Shown piece after piece: positions 39,952 through 52,000 of a DNA stretch of 64,000 nucleotides. The stretch covers positions 3,660,001 to 3,724,000 of the forward strand of contig CM119373.1 of the NCBI GenBank assembly GCA_051294905.1. The letters are read 5' to 3'. Numbering within the stretch: the stretch's first letter is position 1; each line of letters begins with the position of its first letter. The DNA comes from Botryllus schlosseri. Its lineage: Eukaryota. Position numbers and translations under genes: made by a program. The notes below the pieces were generated by a model. The model worked only from the letters and a program-made list of their open reading frames with translations, was not told the origin of the DNA and ran no database searches.

Positions 39952-42900
39952 ATACATCAGATTACAAAATACGTCTCGCTATTGCTGATCTGCGTTCTAA
40001 CAGGTAATATTTGCATAGGAGGTCCTGCATCTAAAGAAGGACAATGATATTTCACATCCAGTTGCTAGTTTCGAAAAGTGGGTAGTTCTAGTTTTAGTTC
40101 CAGTTGCGTAAGTTGGCATGAATCGAGATACCAGTGTTCTGTTGAATGATGTTTGTGCAGCCATTGCTAGCTCAGAGTCATCACTACTAATAGCGGCGTA
40201 GCTAGCGGATTGGATTTTGGGGTCGAAATCTCTCCCATTTCAAACTCGACACTCCATCCTTTTGAAATGTCGATTCCATGTATGATATTTCAGATGACAT
40301 AAAAATTAATGTATTGCGTTCGACAGTGGTCAGGAACCTATGACTCGCGAGCCATATATGGCTTTTTTAGGCATAGGATATGGGCCTTCGCGAAATTTTA
40401 ATTTTTGTGCTCAATTTATCAACATTGCAGCAACTTGTTATCGAATCTTCAGCACGAGCAGTATAATTATTCTTGTGGCAATATAAAAATGTCTTCTATA
40501 GGTTAATACAGTGACGTATTCAGGGTGCGGACCCCTTTTCAAAATCCTTAAATTTAAGTTGCGGTCGTGCCGGTGACCAATATCACTCGCAAATTGGATG
40601 TACCCAGTACGAAATCTTGAATTGCACGATGCATTAATTCATCAAAGAGACAAGGAGACATGGCGGCGCCTGTATCACAATGCAGTTTTCAAATATACAT
40701 TGTCTTCCTGATCTCCGGCGAGAAATAAACTGCCATTTACAATTACAAATTCAAATCACAAACAACTCCACAGCTATCCACGTTCTTGATTGATAACGTG
40801 GCTTTGTAGTCGCTGTTAAAAGGTAGGCGTGTTGCGCAAATGTCACCGCCGAATACTTTGAGAATTGAGAAGTGTTTCTAACTTTATTTTCTAACAATAA
40901 ATAGGCAAATTGTGTGATTTTGGAAGTAAAAATGTTCAAAATCTAGTAGACAGGTGAGGCACTTGCCTCCCCTGACCGCACGTCACGGACGCATCGCAAA
41001 TGGGTATGTATACTAATGTTAGTGACCGTGTTTGGCTCCACCTACGTATGCCATCATGGGTCTTCGCATTCAAGAATAGCATCAAGACAAACTTACGATC
41101 TCGTATAGCTGACTTAATTTCTCTTAATTTCTGTCCTTCCTGTTCTCTTCTGGTGCTCTCACATCTTGGTCTTCTGTACGGATATATTCACACGTATGTT
41201 CATATCTTCTTTCTCGCTTCATTATGTTCAATGACTCCGTGTTGATGAAATGATACATGATTCTGGCTGCGGTGCTCTGCGCCTTGTATCTTGTCTGTTC
41301 GACTGTCGTTGCTACCCTTTGAACCATTAACCAGACTTTACCACTCTCTCTCCAGTCGCCTCCCCCTCAGAACCCGTCAACCCATTTTCATATTCTGATG
41401 GGTGCAGCGTGGAGCATTGTTTGGAGGACTATCAGCGGAAGGCTCCCTATTATTTGCCGGATTGGATATATCAACCGCAGGCGATGTCTGTTAATAAATA
41501 ATATACGACAGTTCATGGTACGTTCTGCCGGGTCGCGTTGCGCCACTGGGAATGCACGGTATATACTTATCGAAAATGTACGGCTTAAGGCTTTCGCATT
41601 GTACAGTTGTGCTTGAAGTTTACGAGGTATTGATGCTACTTTTGCATTATTTAGATCACCCTCAATTTCAATCGCCACTCACCCGCAAATTATTCGATTG
41701 CGATAGCTTTAGCGGTTTTCTCGGTCTAAATTGGGTTGCTGTGTTTCTATAATTCTGATAAGCTTGCCTTGCGTCGTAGCGTGCTGGCACCATTCAGCAA
41801 CATTCTTGATTTGATCGCTGCTCATTACGAAACTCATCAATCAATCATGGTCACACAAATCATTTTCCACAATTGTGTTGGTCAGCGCAATTTTGACCGC
41901 ACAACGTCTGGTATTTTAGTGAAAATTGTGGTGACACTTATTAATGATAAATAATCGTAATCATTTCATTCCCATCATCAATGACCTACATTTCATAAAT
42001 TTCAATGCACCTGCAATTCATGTCCAATAGATATTTCGCTAACAAGTGAATTTTCTGGGGGTAAGTTGAGACATTTGAGCAATGATTTTTGAGGGCCAAG
42101 AAATCCGGGAGTGTGCATTTCAATATAACTTAAAATCTAGTCATGAGCAGTACAGATCACAGGGTTTCCATCGGTATCAAAATTAATGCTCGAAAGACAT
42201 TACTCTCTGAGTGGCATCGAAATATTAAAAAAGCGTCTCATCTTTGCCCGGCATTTACGCCTAAAAAGGATTTCTTGCAGCAACGGGTGTCCTCCAACGG
42301 AATGGCAACACTTGTTCGCAGAGCACAATCACAGAACATGACGAAACGAGCGGTGAATTATATGTTCGAGATGAAACGCCAAACGACTGTGACTGGAGCG
42401 TCAACTGGCCAGAAGATACGCCACTCGACGCGATAGTCATGCGTGTCACTAATGTGTGGATCGACTGTAATACAGGATACCTAGGATTCCAAGACAGTGA
42501 AGGTAATAATAGTTGTTGACAACATACGCTATGTTGGAACTTCTCCAGCCCAACGTTTTGACCAACTCGGAAATGGGTAACGCCGTGAATTTCTCCTATA
42601 CTTTTCTTCATTTTTGGTTGGAACTGAATGTACTTACAAAGCAGCTGTTTGCTGGCAACATTGAAGTTTGGTGCATACTGCTTGAGTGTCAGTGACACAC
42701 TTGTTCCATACCGACATCGACCCTCTTAGAACGGCACACAATTCTGAGTATAACAAACATCTCTCGATCCGCCCAAACGGCGACAGCCACTATGATATAA
42801 GAGTCAATGTCCACCATGGTGACCTAACGCTAGAATTGTGTCAAATTTTTTAATTTTTTTGCAATGCCAAAAATTAAACGACCCACTTAGGAGACTGAGA

Positions 42901-45900
42901 ATAGGTGAAATCTTCGAACACCTATTCTATTACAATGATAGAGGTATTATTTAACATGTTTCTTGCGACAATTCCACACACTGTAGCGATGCTAAGCTAT
43001 CGCGAAACTACTTTCCACTTTCAAAAACCATAAGTGTGAAAAGCGGGGAGTTTTGTCGATAAACAGCTGAGGTAGAAGTTTATGCAGTCTGAAAACAAAC
43101 CCACATGAACAAAACCTACTCGAGTTGTTTTGATGGGGTTTTGGAATGAATTGGTCTGCAAAAATCTGTTTTCTCCTGTGATATCAATAACCACTATTCC
43201 AGAATAATTTCAAGAAGAACTGCTACATAGAAATGACTAACTGGACGTTATATTGGTGCCGTGTATGTTGCAATCGTACCCAAAGGTGTCGTCGAAAGCG
43301 TTATGCATTTTTATTATATTCTCCACCACCTATCTTTGTGGAAATTAATGGATTTTAGGCAGTCATTCATGTCGAATCGACGACATGGATTTTCAAGAAA
43401 TGAAGCTAAGGAATTCGCTTCGCTTCCCAATTTATATATAAATAGTATGATATTATTTTCAAGAAAGATCACTTTTTTGCTGTTTATCACTAGCCTACAC
43501 AGTTAATATTTGCACAAGACATACAGAGCTAAATAGAGAATAATACATAGAGCTCAATTTGAACTAAAACCTGTGGGGTCCACGGGGTCCGTGACTGTTC
43601 AAAGGGGGTCCGCAAAGATAAAAAGGTGAAGAACCACGGCTCCAATACAACAACCCAACAACCGAGGTTTCAACGCTTTCAGGGTGAGAGGAAATTATCC
43701 AAAGAATAATTCTCGCTGATAGTACAACTCATAGTAACAAGGGTCATATAATTTCAATATAGTCAATGGTGCCTACTGCTGCACAACAACAGATATTATT
43801 GTGTTCTGTGCAATATTTATCTATATATCAGTTTATTCACTTTTATAATATATGTTTTTTGATTGATTCATTTATTTTTCCTAGTACATAAAATTCTCCT
43901 TCTCTTTTCACACAAAACAATGTGTTACGCATAATCTGTATTCATCAAATTCTCGGTAGATCATAGGCCACTTTGTGACCTAATGACGTTTAAACAATCA
44001 GCCAGACAATACAAATCAATCAGTGTTTTGAACTGCAAATTAACATGTTTGTTTCTCTCATCATTTGACGAAATGAATCCCTCTCTCTACTGACCACCGC
44101 TACATGCAACAAATAACCACACAAACTAACATGGAATCTCCTTCAATCAGGCGACATCTGCGGTATATGCGAGACTGCGGATATCGAGCACTCGACGGAA
44201 TTCTGTCAAATATACGCCGACGGAGAGGTTTGCACTGAGGAAGAAATATGGGAAGCCACATACAAATACTTCCGGGACTGCACAAAAACCGTAATCCACC
44301 GCAGCCTCCAAAATATGTCAGTGCATTTGGTAACGGCGGACAAGCGCTTTCGGGAATTCACTCTGGACTACCAGCTGCACGCTTGCAAAGGACCAGGCGA
44401 CAGGCTGACATCATTGCTCGGTTCGGGTCCGGCGGTATCCAATAAGACATCTGCATTGGATCGCCTGGAGAATAGCTGTCCTGTCGTGGTACAATCACAA
44501 CATGACGTGGTCGAGACATCAACCTCCCCTGATGAGAATACATTTAGGGTGACAACGTATGCTGACGAACTCGTAACAAGTCCACAAACATATACAGATG
44601 AAACTAGGTCAAGTGCATATACGTATACCAAGGAAGATATCACAAGCGTACATACCAATACCAATGAAGATTCAACAACTGCGCATACATATGCCGATGA
44701 AGTTAAGTTAAGTGCACATACATATACTAATGAAGATACAGAAAGTGTGCATACACACACCGAAGAAGTTAAGGCAGGCGTACATATGCCTACCAATGAA
44801 GGCACAGCAAATACACAAAAACCACCATCACGCGACGTCAGTTACCCCTCAACGAACCAGGATGATGTCACAGTTTCCGAGAATATGAACACAGCAACAG
44901 GTAATTAACAATCTTTGCCTAGTAAACATCTGTATGACAGCGCAGCATGTCGCCTACTCTACTCTCCTACATCATGACTATGATTACAGGAAAATCGAAA
45001 AGTGATCACCCATGATTACCCGACTGCATTTATGACTATCGCAACTTTGTCATTGTTGTAGAACAGTCTTTCCCAACCTTTTAACTTCATTCTCCACAGT
45101 CTCTATTACCCACAACCTAAAATCCTTCAATCCAATCCTTCAAAATTCTCCCTCCGATAAAACAGCAAGGACATTCTATTGACGCAAGTTAAGATGCCCC
45201 ATGATTTATTTTGACGACCCATATTAAGAATAACCAATGATTGTGGTAGTTGCTCGTAATTTTTCTGAACACACGCCAGACCGAAGTTGATTTAACTATG
45301 GTCATGTTTTATTTTAAGTTTGGTCTTTATGTTTTATGAAGTTCACTTAAAGTGATATGCAATTTGTTTATTCAAGTTCACCCAATACCACCGTGACGTC
45401 TGGCAGTAGACATTACCAATCGCCTTTTTCTTCAGCATAAAACTGTTTCAACGAAATCTTTACTGAATATGATGCTGCTCGTGCTAAACATGTTTGTGAT
45501 TCCAATATTAGTTATCCTGAATTCAAAATGAGATTTTGTGAACAACACGCCATGAAATTAGTGACGTATACAGTCCAGAGCAGTGAACTTTCAACCAACA
45601 TCGTGGTGTTATGCCTCTGTACATATTGCATAGATTTTGCCTGTTCCCCACCAGAAACCCTTGAATTACCCACCGGTTGCGAACCACTGTTGTAGAAGAA
45701 CTATTATGACATTCTTGTTTTGGTTTTCAAAACGGGTGCAATTTTAATCATTGGCACCTTGCTTGAAGCTATTAACCTTTGAAATTATAGACAATTGGAT
45801 CAAAATATTGTAGAAGACATTGTACTAGTGAAAAGAGTATTATAAACGCAATGATACGCAAAATATTAAGAATAGGTACCATTATCTGGGTGCCACGACT

Positions 45901-46327
45901 CAGCTAAGCACGGATTCACTGGAAATGAAAGAAGTACTTATATTTTGTGAATGATACAAGTTTTTTTCAAACATACTATTAACCTTTAAAACGTTTTCAA
46001 AATGGCGCTTCCTGCTGCCATGTACGTTCCAAAATCCATACGTTAATCGAACAATGCTAGATGGATAATGCAGGTCAGCAAAAAATAGACGAAGAGACAC
46101 AAGCATCTGGACAGTGGCACTCATGTTGGACAGCGACAATAATCCTGGCAATACTACTGACTCTCAGCGTTTTAATGCATATTGTTGCGCTCTACAAAAG
46201 GTATGTGGCGATCCCACCGTCATCAGACCGAACGGATATCATAGATCCTGTTTTTAGGAGAAAGCGCATGAAAAAGAACCATGTCGAAAAAGATTTGGAT
46301 TCAAAAGTTGACGATACCAAAGTGTGA
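39952..46327 (+). CDS. Receptor array copy 6 (subfamily B), ~406 codons, otherwise intact but the start codon reads ATA (possible pseudogene or null allele)
   Basis: Exons 39952-40003 (IHQITKYVSLLLICVLT), 42281-42502, 44151-44900, 46074-46200, 46258-46327 are open and highly similar to copy 5. Tail RRKRMKKNHVEKDLDSKVDDTKV*. No in-frame ATG lies between the upstream stop at 39877 and the ATA. Confidence 0.75.
44552..44815 (+). repeat. Coding 33-bp (11-aa) repeat, 8 units, stalk of copy 6
   Basis: TTYADELVTSP/QTYTDETRSSA/YTYTKEDITSV/HTNTNEDSTTA/HTYADEVKLSA/HTYTNEDTESV/HTHTEEVKAGV/HMPTNEGTANT. Confidence 0.82.
45064..45689. mobile_element. Charlie-like hAT MITE
   Basis: Degenerate TIRs cagtctttcccaacc / ggttgcgaaccactg; perfect TSD ttgtagaa. 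Confidence 0.78.
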
Positions 46328-46551
46328 AGTATTTATCGGGAAGGAATTGCAAGAGAGATTCAAACCAACACAAGTGGAACAACAATTTGAAAACTGATTT
46401 TAAACAGCATACCCAGTCTCTCTATCCGCCAGCAATTGGCCAGTAACCTAATCTTCAATAAGCATCGGGGATATTTCACAGCAAATTACGTACGTGTGGG
46501 ATTCGTCGAAGCCTACATTTGGTGTAACATTAATGGGACATGAATTAAATT

Positions 46552-47831
46552 CCGCAAACCGGGGTAACATTGGACAATTCTCAACAATTCCGCTTTGTAT
46601 CTTGGAAATGCTAGGGTGTAGGGGAGGCAAGTTTTGTGTTTTTTTGGAGTCATGGAGCAAAGATTAGAATTAACTAATCCAAAATCTTCATGGTCGAAAA
46701 TAAGTGCCTTATTTTTGTAAATTACCCGTGTCCAAAGTTACCCCTGCATGTGGGGTAACTTTGGACAATGTAGTTTTTTGTATGCCTTGACCCTTTATTG
46801 TTTATGAAACCTCGTAAATGAGGCTTATTTGGTAAGAGTTGATGAGAGCAGTGACTAAAACTGAAACAAAATAGTATATGTCTGGCCTATTGCATGATTT
46901 TTACCTAATCCCCCCCCCCCCCAAAAAAAAAAAATTAGGTAGTTTATGAAGGCTAATGCCCCCTTATTCCTCCCTTTACTCAATTTTCGCTTATGCCTTC
47001 ACCAATCGGGACGTATAATAACGTAATGGGGTATCCCACTGGCAGTGTCAGCAAACATTAAGTATGTTAGCGTGATTTATTGCCGATTTCGAATATATTA
47101 CTGTTTTAGAAAAGATATATTTTCCCTTTCCTATGTCCTCTGATGGATATATTTGTCGTAATTTACGATATTCCATATTCAGCAGGCGCATCTTTAGGAG
47201 TATGTGATAAGTTTTTCAAGTAGCTTACACCCGATAATAATCTCTCAGCTCATTGCCTACCCATTTTTTCATATTTTGGCAAACTCTTAATTTATTAACC
47301 TTCTCATTCCATTTTAAGAAGCCATCAGGCCGGTCATAAGGAATATAGTTGACGATACCCTTTGACACAGATGAAGCAGCCACTTTCCAGAGCTCTAAAT
47401 ATCACATTTTTCACTGTCCAAAGTTGCCCCGTTCTGATAAAATTCGACGGGGTAACTTTGGACATCACATTTTCTTGTATTGATCTAAGGGTGAGCCCAC
47501 TGAGATTTTGGCCATGGATTAAGACTACTTAGAGGTGTCTGCTGCCAAGTTTTGAATCTATGAATCAAATGCTATCTATGTTTAGCTGTAAGAAGTTTAT
47601 TGGCCATCAATTTTGACGAAATTGACCCCCTCCATTAATTCATCGATGTTGGGTCAAGTTTATCTGGTAGTGAAATGAATCCACCTTTTATAGAGACTAC
47701 TTGCGGTACTGTTGCCTCATGAAAAAGAATTGGACATCCAGCGGCAACCCTTTTTCATCAATAACCATTTAAATCTTTTACTGCTTAGTGTCCAAAGTTA
47801 CCCTTAAGTCCAAAGTTACCCCGGTTTACGG
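46552..47831. mobile_element. pogo/Tc1-like non-autonomous element
   Basis: TIRs ccgcaaaccggggtaac(a/t)ttggac / gtccaaagttaccccggtttacgg. The gtccaaagttacccc motif recurs internally in both orientations. The TA TSD is not cleanly preserved. Confidence 0.7.
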
Positions 47832-49093
47832 TTGTAACTTGAAGTCTCAAAATCATACACTATATCAAGGCTGATATACCAAGCGTGAACAGACTGATAC
47901 TTTGATTGCAGCTCTTTAAAGATTGCACAAATCGACTTGAATTTCCCTATCTTGCTGAGAGGTTTATACTGATTTCATAACAATTCACTATACCACGTAT
48001 CAGCAATATGCCAGTGTATTATATTGTATTGTATTGTATTAATATTGTTTCCTTCCTCCGTTAATGAACAATTGGAAAATTAAAGCCAGTGCGGCAACAC
48101 AGGGTGAGATGAGTAACTGAACTCTCGAATTAAGTTCACATGAACTTTATAATTGATCAGCTAGCGCATGTCACGTTCGACTCCAGCTGGACACAGATGC
48201 ATATGAACCTTCCAATTGTTTTGTAGGCGGATACTGACCATAAATGCAGAGCTCAGTCAAGAAATTGTCATTAATAGTTGCAGAAAAGAACACACGAAAA
48301 GGAAAAAAGAATTTTTAAAACATAATGAGAAGAGATGCTTGCATTCACTGATGATAACGCTGAACCTGTGTGCCTTAGCGGTCAGGCTTAGCTCAATCAT
48401 TACAAATCTAGTGACTTGAAACGTCATTATGAAGCTAAACATAAAAACTTTCACACCCATAACCTGCCCACGTTGGTGTTACGTAGGAAGAGGCATAATG
48501 TGTTAAAATCTTTCCTAAATCAAAAATCTCACGACAACTTTCAGCAAGGAAACTGACACAACTACTACATCTATCATGGAATATTGCTCCACCCAAACTG
48601 AGTTCGGTTCTCACCAATCCACAATTTCAATCACCTTACTCCATGATGGAGACTCGCAGTGACACCACACAACAATAATCATTATTTGATAGCATACGCT
48701 TCATTTCTAATGACAATATTCGCATTTTTGATTTGTTAATGTGTCGTGGCTCTTTAAAACTTAAGTATGTTCAAAACTAGCTTTGAGTTATGCGGATGAA
48801 ACATGGAACAGGTCTGGGCATTCCTGTGATGTATTGTTGATATAGGCAATGCCAGCTTCTTCTTATCGGTGGTTTACTTGCTATAAGTGTTCATATTATG
48901 GAAATTGGTGTACCAAAAAAGGCTGTGAACAGATGCTATTAGCAATGGGCAAAGGTGTTGACCTCTTTTTTGTAACCTGTATGCAAATTCTGCGGTACTT
49001 CTAGTTTTCGATCATTGTAGATTTCAACCCTGACAATGACTCACGGCTCTGAATCTCTTCACTTTCGACCTGCTATGAATTACAAGTACTCAC

Positions 49094-52000
49094 GGGTTTA
49101 CGCGCAAAAAATCAGCCACATCGGTGTAGTTTGGCAAGGTAGCGGAGAGACCGACGATACGTATCATGCTTTGCTGCGTTTCCACCTGTCGTGCCATTAA
49201 ATACAATTTAAAGACACTCTTCGAGGTACTGAACATCAGTATACCATTAAATGGTATATTCATATTGAAATAAACCCGAATCTTTCTGGCTGACACTCCT
49301 AACCAAGGCTGAAATGACTCGAACCAGGTCATATGACTCGAGACTAGGACGGCCATGACAGACATTTCATTGTGACTTCCAAGAATAGTTAAGTCACTAC
49401 ATGATTGGTATTTCGTCTATCAGTCCTGATACTTGGCAAATAGGGTCAGAAACTGTGAAGACTGAAAAAATTACGATATTATGAATGCGAGCCATTCTAT
49501 ATCCCTCAAGTAGAGCTGCAAAAAGTGGGTCGAACAGGATTGAACTGAAAACTGAACAGTGAACACAATGACTTGGACTCGGACTCGAGTCACAACACTA
49601 TGCCACGGAATCGACCATCTACTCATTGACTTGGACTTGACTCGATGGTGAATTGAAAATGACTTGACTTGACTCGAGTCAAAACTATAAAACTGAGATT
49701 GACTTGTGATTTCGTTACAGCCCTGATATTAACCAACTAGTAGAGAATTGGAAAATACTTTGTTCATTGACAATTGTATCACCAAACATGACGTCAGCGG
49801 CATGAAATTTCAGATAATCGAGGCAACGAGATAGCTTGAGCTTAATGAAATTTGAGTAATTGAGATAATACCGTCTCTTATGACTGGACGGACTCGTCAC
49901 AATCAATACCCCGCTTGGATTCAAGTACTTGAATGTTATGCATAGCAGTACCGTTGCTAGTGACACTGATAAATCTTCCGTTATAAAAAGCTTTTATTGC
50001 CAACATAATGCTTCCGTTCATTGTACGTTTTCTTTTCTTTGGCCAGAGGTAGAATGGGACTTTTCAAAGGAATCTAGGCTAGAGCTAGCGGTAAATTTAA
50101 TTTGAAAATGCAATAAAATAATAAATCTCTAGTGAAGAAATCACAATCATTCAATTTCGCTTACAAATTGACAGGCGATCTTAGCGGCAGATTGAGCGCC
50201 ACTGTCCAGTCTTGGTAACTGGCAACACTGATACGCAGTGCAACTAATTGAATGCGTTCACAAAATGAGACAGTTATGCTACGCTTGATCGTGCACACGA
50301 GAGACAGCAATAGCCAACATCTCAAATTTTGTTCAAATTTGCCGAATACAGATGAGCTGGGAAATGTTGGAGATAGAATCTGTATTTTAAAAGAAGAGGC
50401 TGTCAATTTGTATATCTAAAAATAGTGCAAAGAGCTTAAGCCATCTGTTCACTTCGATTATCCGAATTTTAATGACTGTGATGTCATATCTCGTCATATC
50501 TCTTTAAATTCTTTTCTGGTTCCTAACAATTACCTCTAACCGAAGATATTGTGGTTTAATTCAATATGAGTCAGACTCGAGTTGCGATTTTTTGGTGACT
50601 CGACTCGACTCGAGTCGTTTTCTTTAAAATGAAAATTGACTCGACGCGAGTCAATTTGAGTATTGACTCGACTTGTACTCGAGTCATCAAGCATGACTCG
50701 GAGCAAGTGATGTGACTCGAGACTGGGTCTACCAAGACAGGCATTTCATTGTAATTTCGAAGAATAGTAAAGTTATCGCACTGCTATTACTTGATCTATC
50801 AGTGCTGGTATTGGAAAATGCTACCAGAAACTGTTAAAGTGAGGTAAATTAGTATATTATGAATGGGACAGATTCAATATCGGGAGCTGAGTTGTACAAA
50901 GTGGGTTTAACAAGATTTTAAATTGAAACCGAACAGTCAGCATAATGACTTGGACACGGACTCGAGCCTAAGCTAGCTTACTTGGACTCGGACTTGACTT
51001 GAGTCAAATCTAGAAAAGTGAGATTGACTTTTGACTCGGAACCTTGTGACTTGGTTACAACCCTGGGATTTTCGAACCGCAAAAAAAAAATATGGGTAGG
51101 CCGCTATTTCTTGCAGAAATGAGAGGATTTAGAATTACTACGTCCTAATCCAACCCAAATCCGAAGCTTCAAATCCTAATCTAAATCCTAATCCAGAACT
51201 TTTGTATATTCAAATCCACGTCCAATCCTAATCCGACGGACTCTAGCTTGAAATTCAGAAAAAATGCTAATTTATGTAAGGGAGGAATTGGAAATTTTCC
51301 TTTCCCAACCAACAATTCTCTTGGTTTAAGATAACTTGGCATATCATGTTCATTGGCACCGAGTGTACCATAAGTACATTAGTACTGATCTGAATAAAGT
51401 TTGTCGCCATTCGCCACACGACATATCAATCTCCCAGAAAATCGATAAATCCAATCCAAGTCCTAATCCGTTCCAAAAAAAATCTCTAATCCAAATTCAA
51501 TCCAAATCCGACAAAATCTCACAAACCCGGTTTATTCAAATCCCAGGGTTGTAACCAAGTCACAAGGCTCCGACTCACAAGTCAATCTCACTTTTATAGT
51601 TTTGACTCGAGTCAAGTCAATTCAAGTCAGCGAACAGAGGGTCGAGTTCGAGTCATGGTATTATGACCCAAGTCCAAGTCATTGTAATGACTGCTCCGTT
51701 TCCAGTTAAAGCTTTGTTAAACCTACTTTTTATAACTCTGTTTATGATATCAAATGGTTCGCATTTACAATATACTAATTTTCCTCACTTTTAGCAGTTT
51801 CCGGTCGCATTTCAAGTACCAATAGCAATAGACGAAATCCCAATAGTGTGGTTACTTTACTATTGTTTGAAATTACAATGAAATGTCGGTCTTGGCCGTC
51901 CGAGTCTCGAGTCAATACACAAACTGACTCAAGTCGAGTCATTTCCGTATTTTGAGAAAATGACTCGAGTCAAGTCGAGTCATCAGAAATTCCGTACTCC

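Noticed and set aside
41110..41950. Cluster of overlapping short ORFs in intron 1 of copy 6
   Set aside because: Possibly a decayed retroelement fragment, but there is no recognisable RT or endonuclease motif.
36247..44805. Antisense ORFs opposite the stalk exons (36460-36804, 44368-44805)
   Set aside because: Shadow frames of repetitive + strand coding exons.
49055..49070. Next ASCC3 exon (SKVKRFRA followed by gtgagt)
   Set aside because: It would need a ~24-nt intron and does not match the expected GLFxFDxRFRPVPL.
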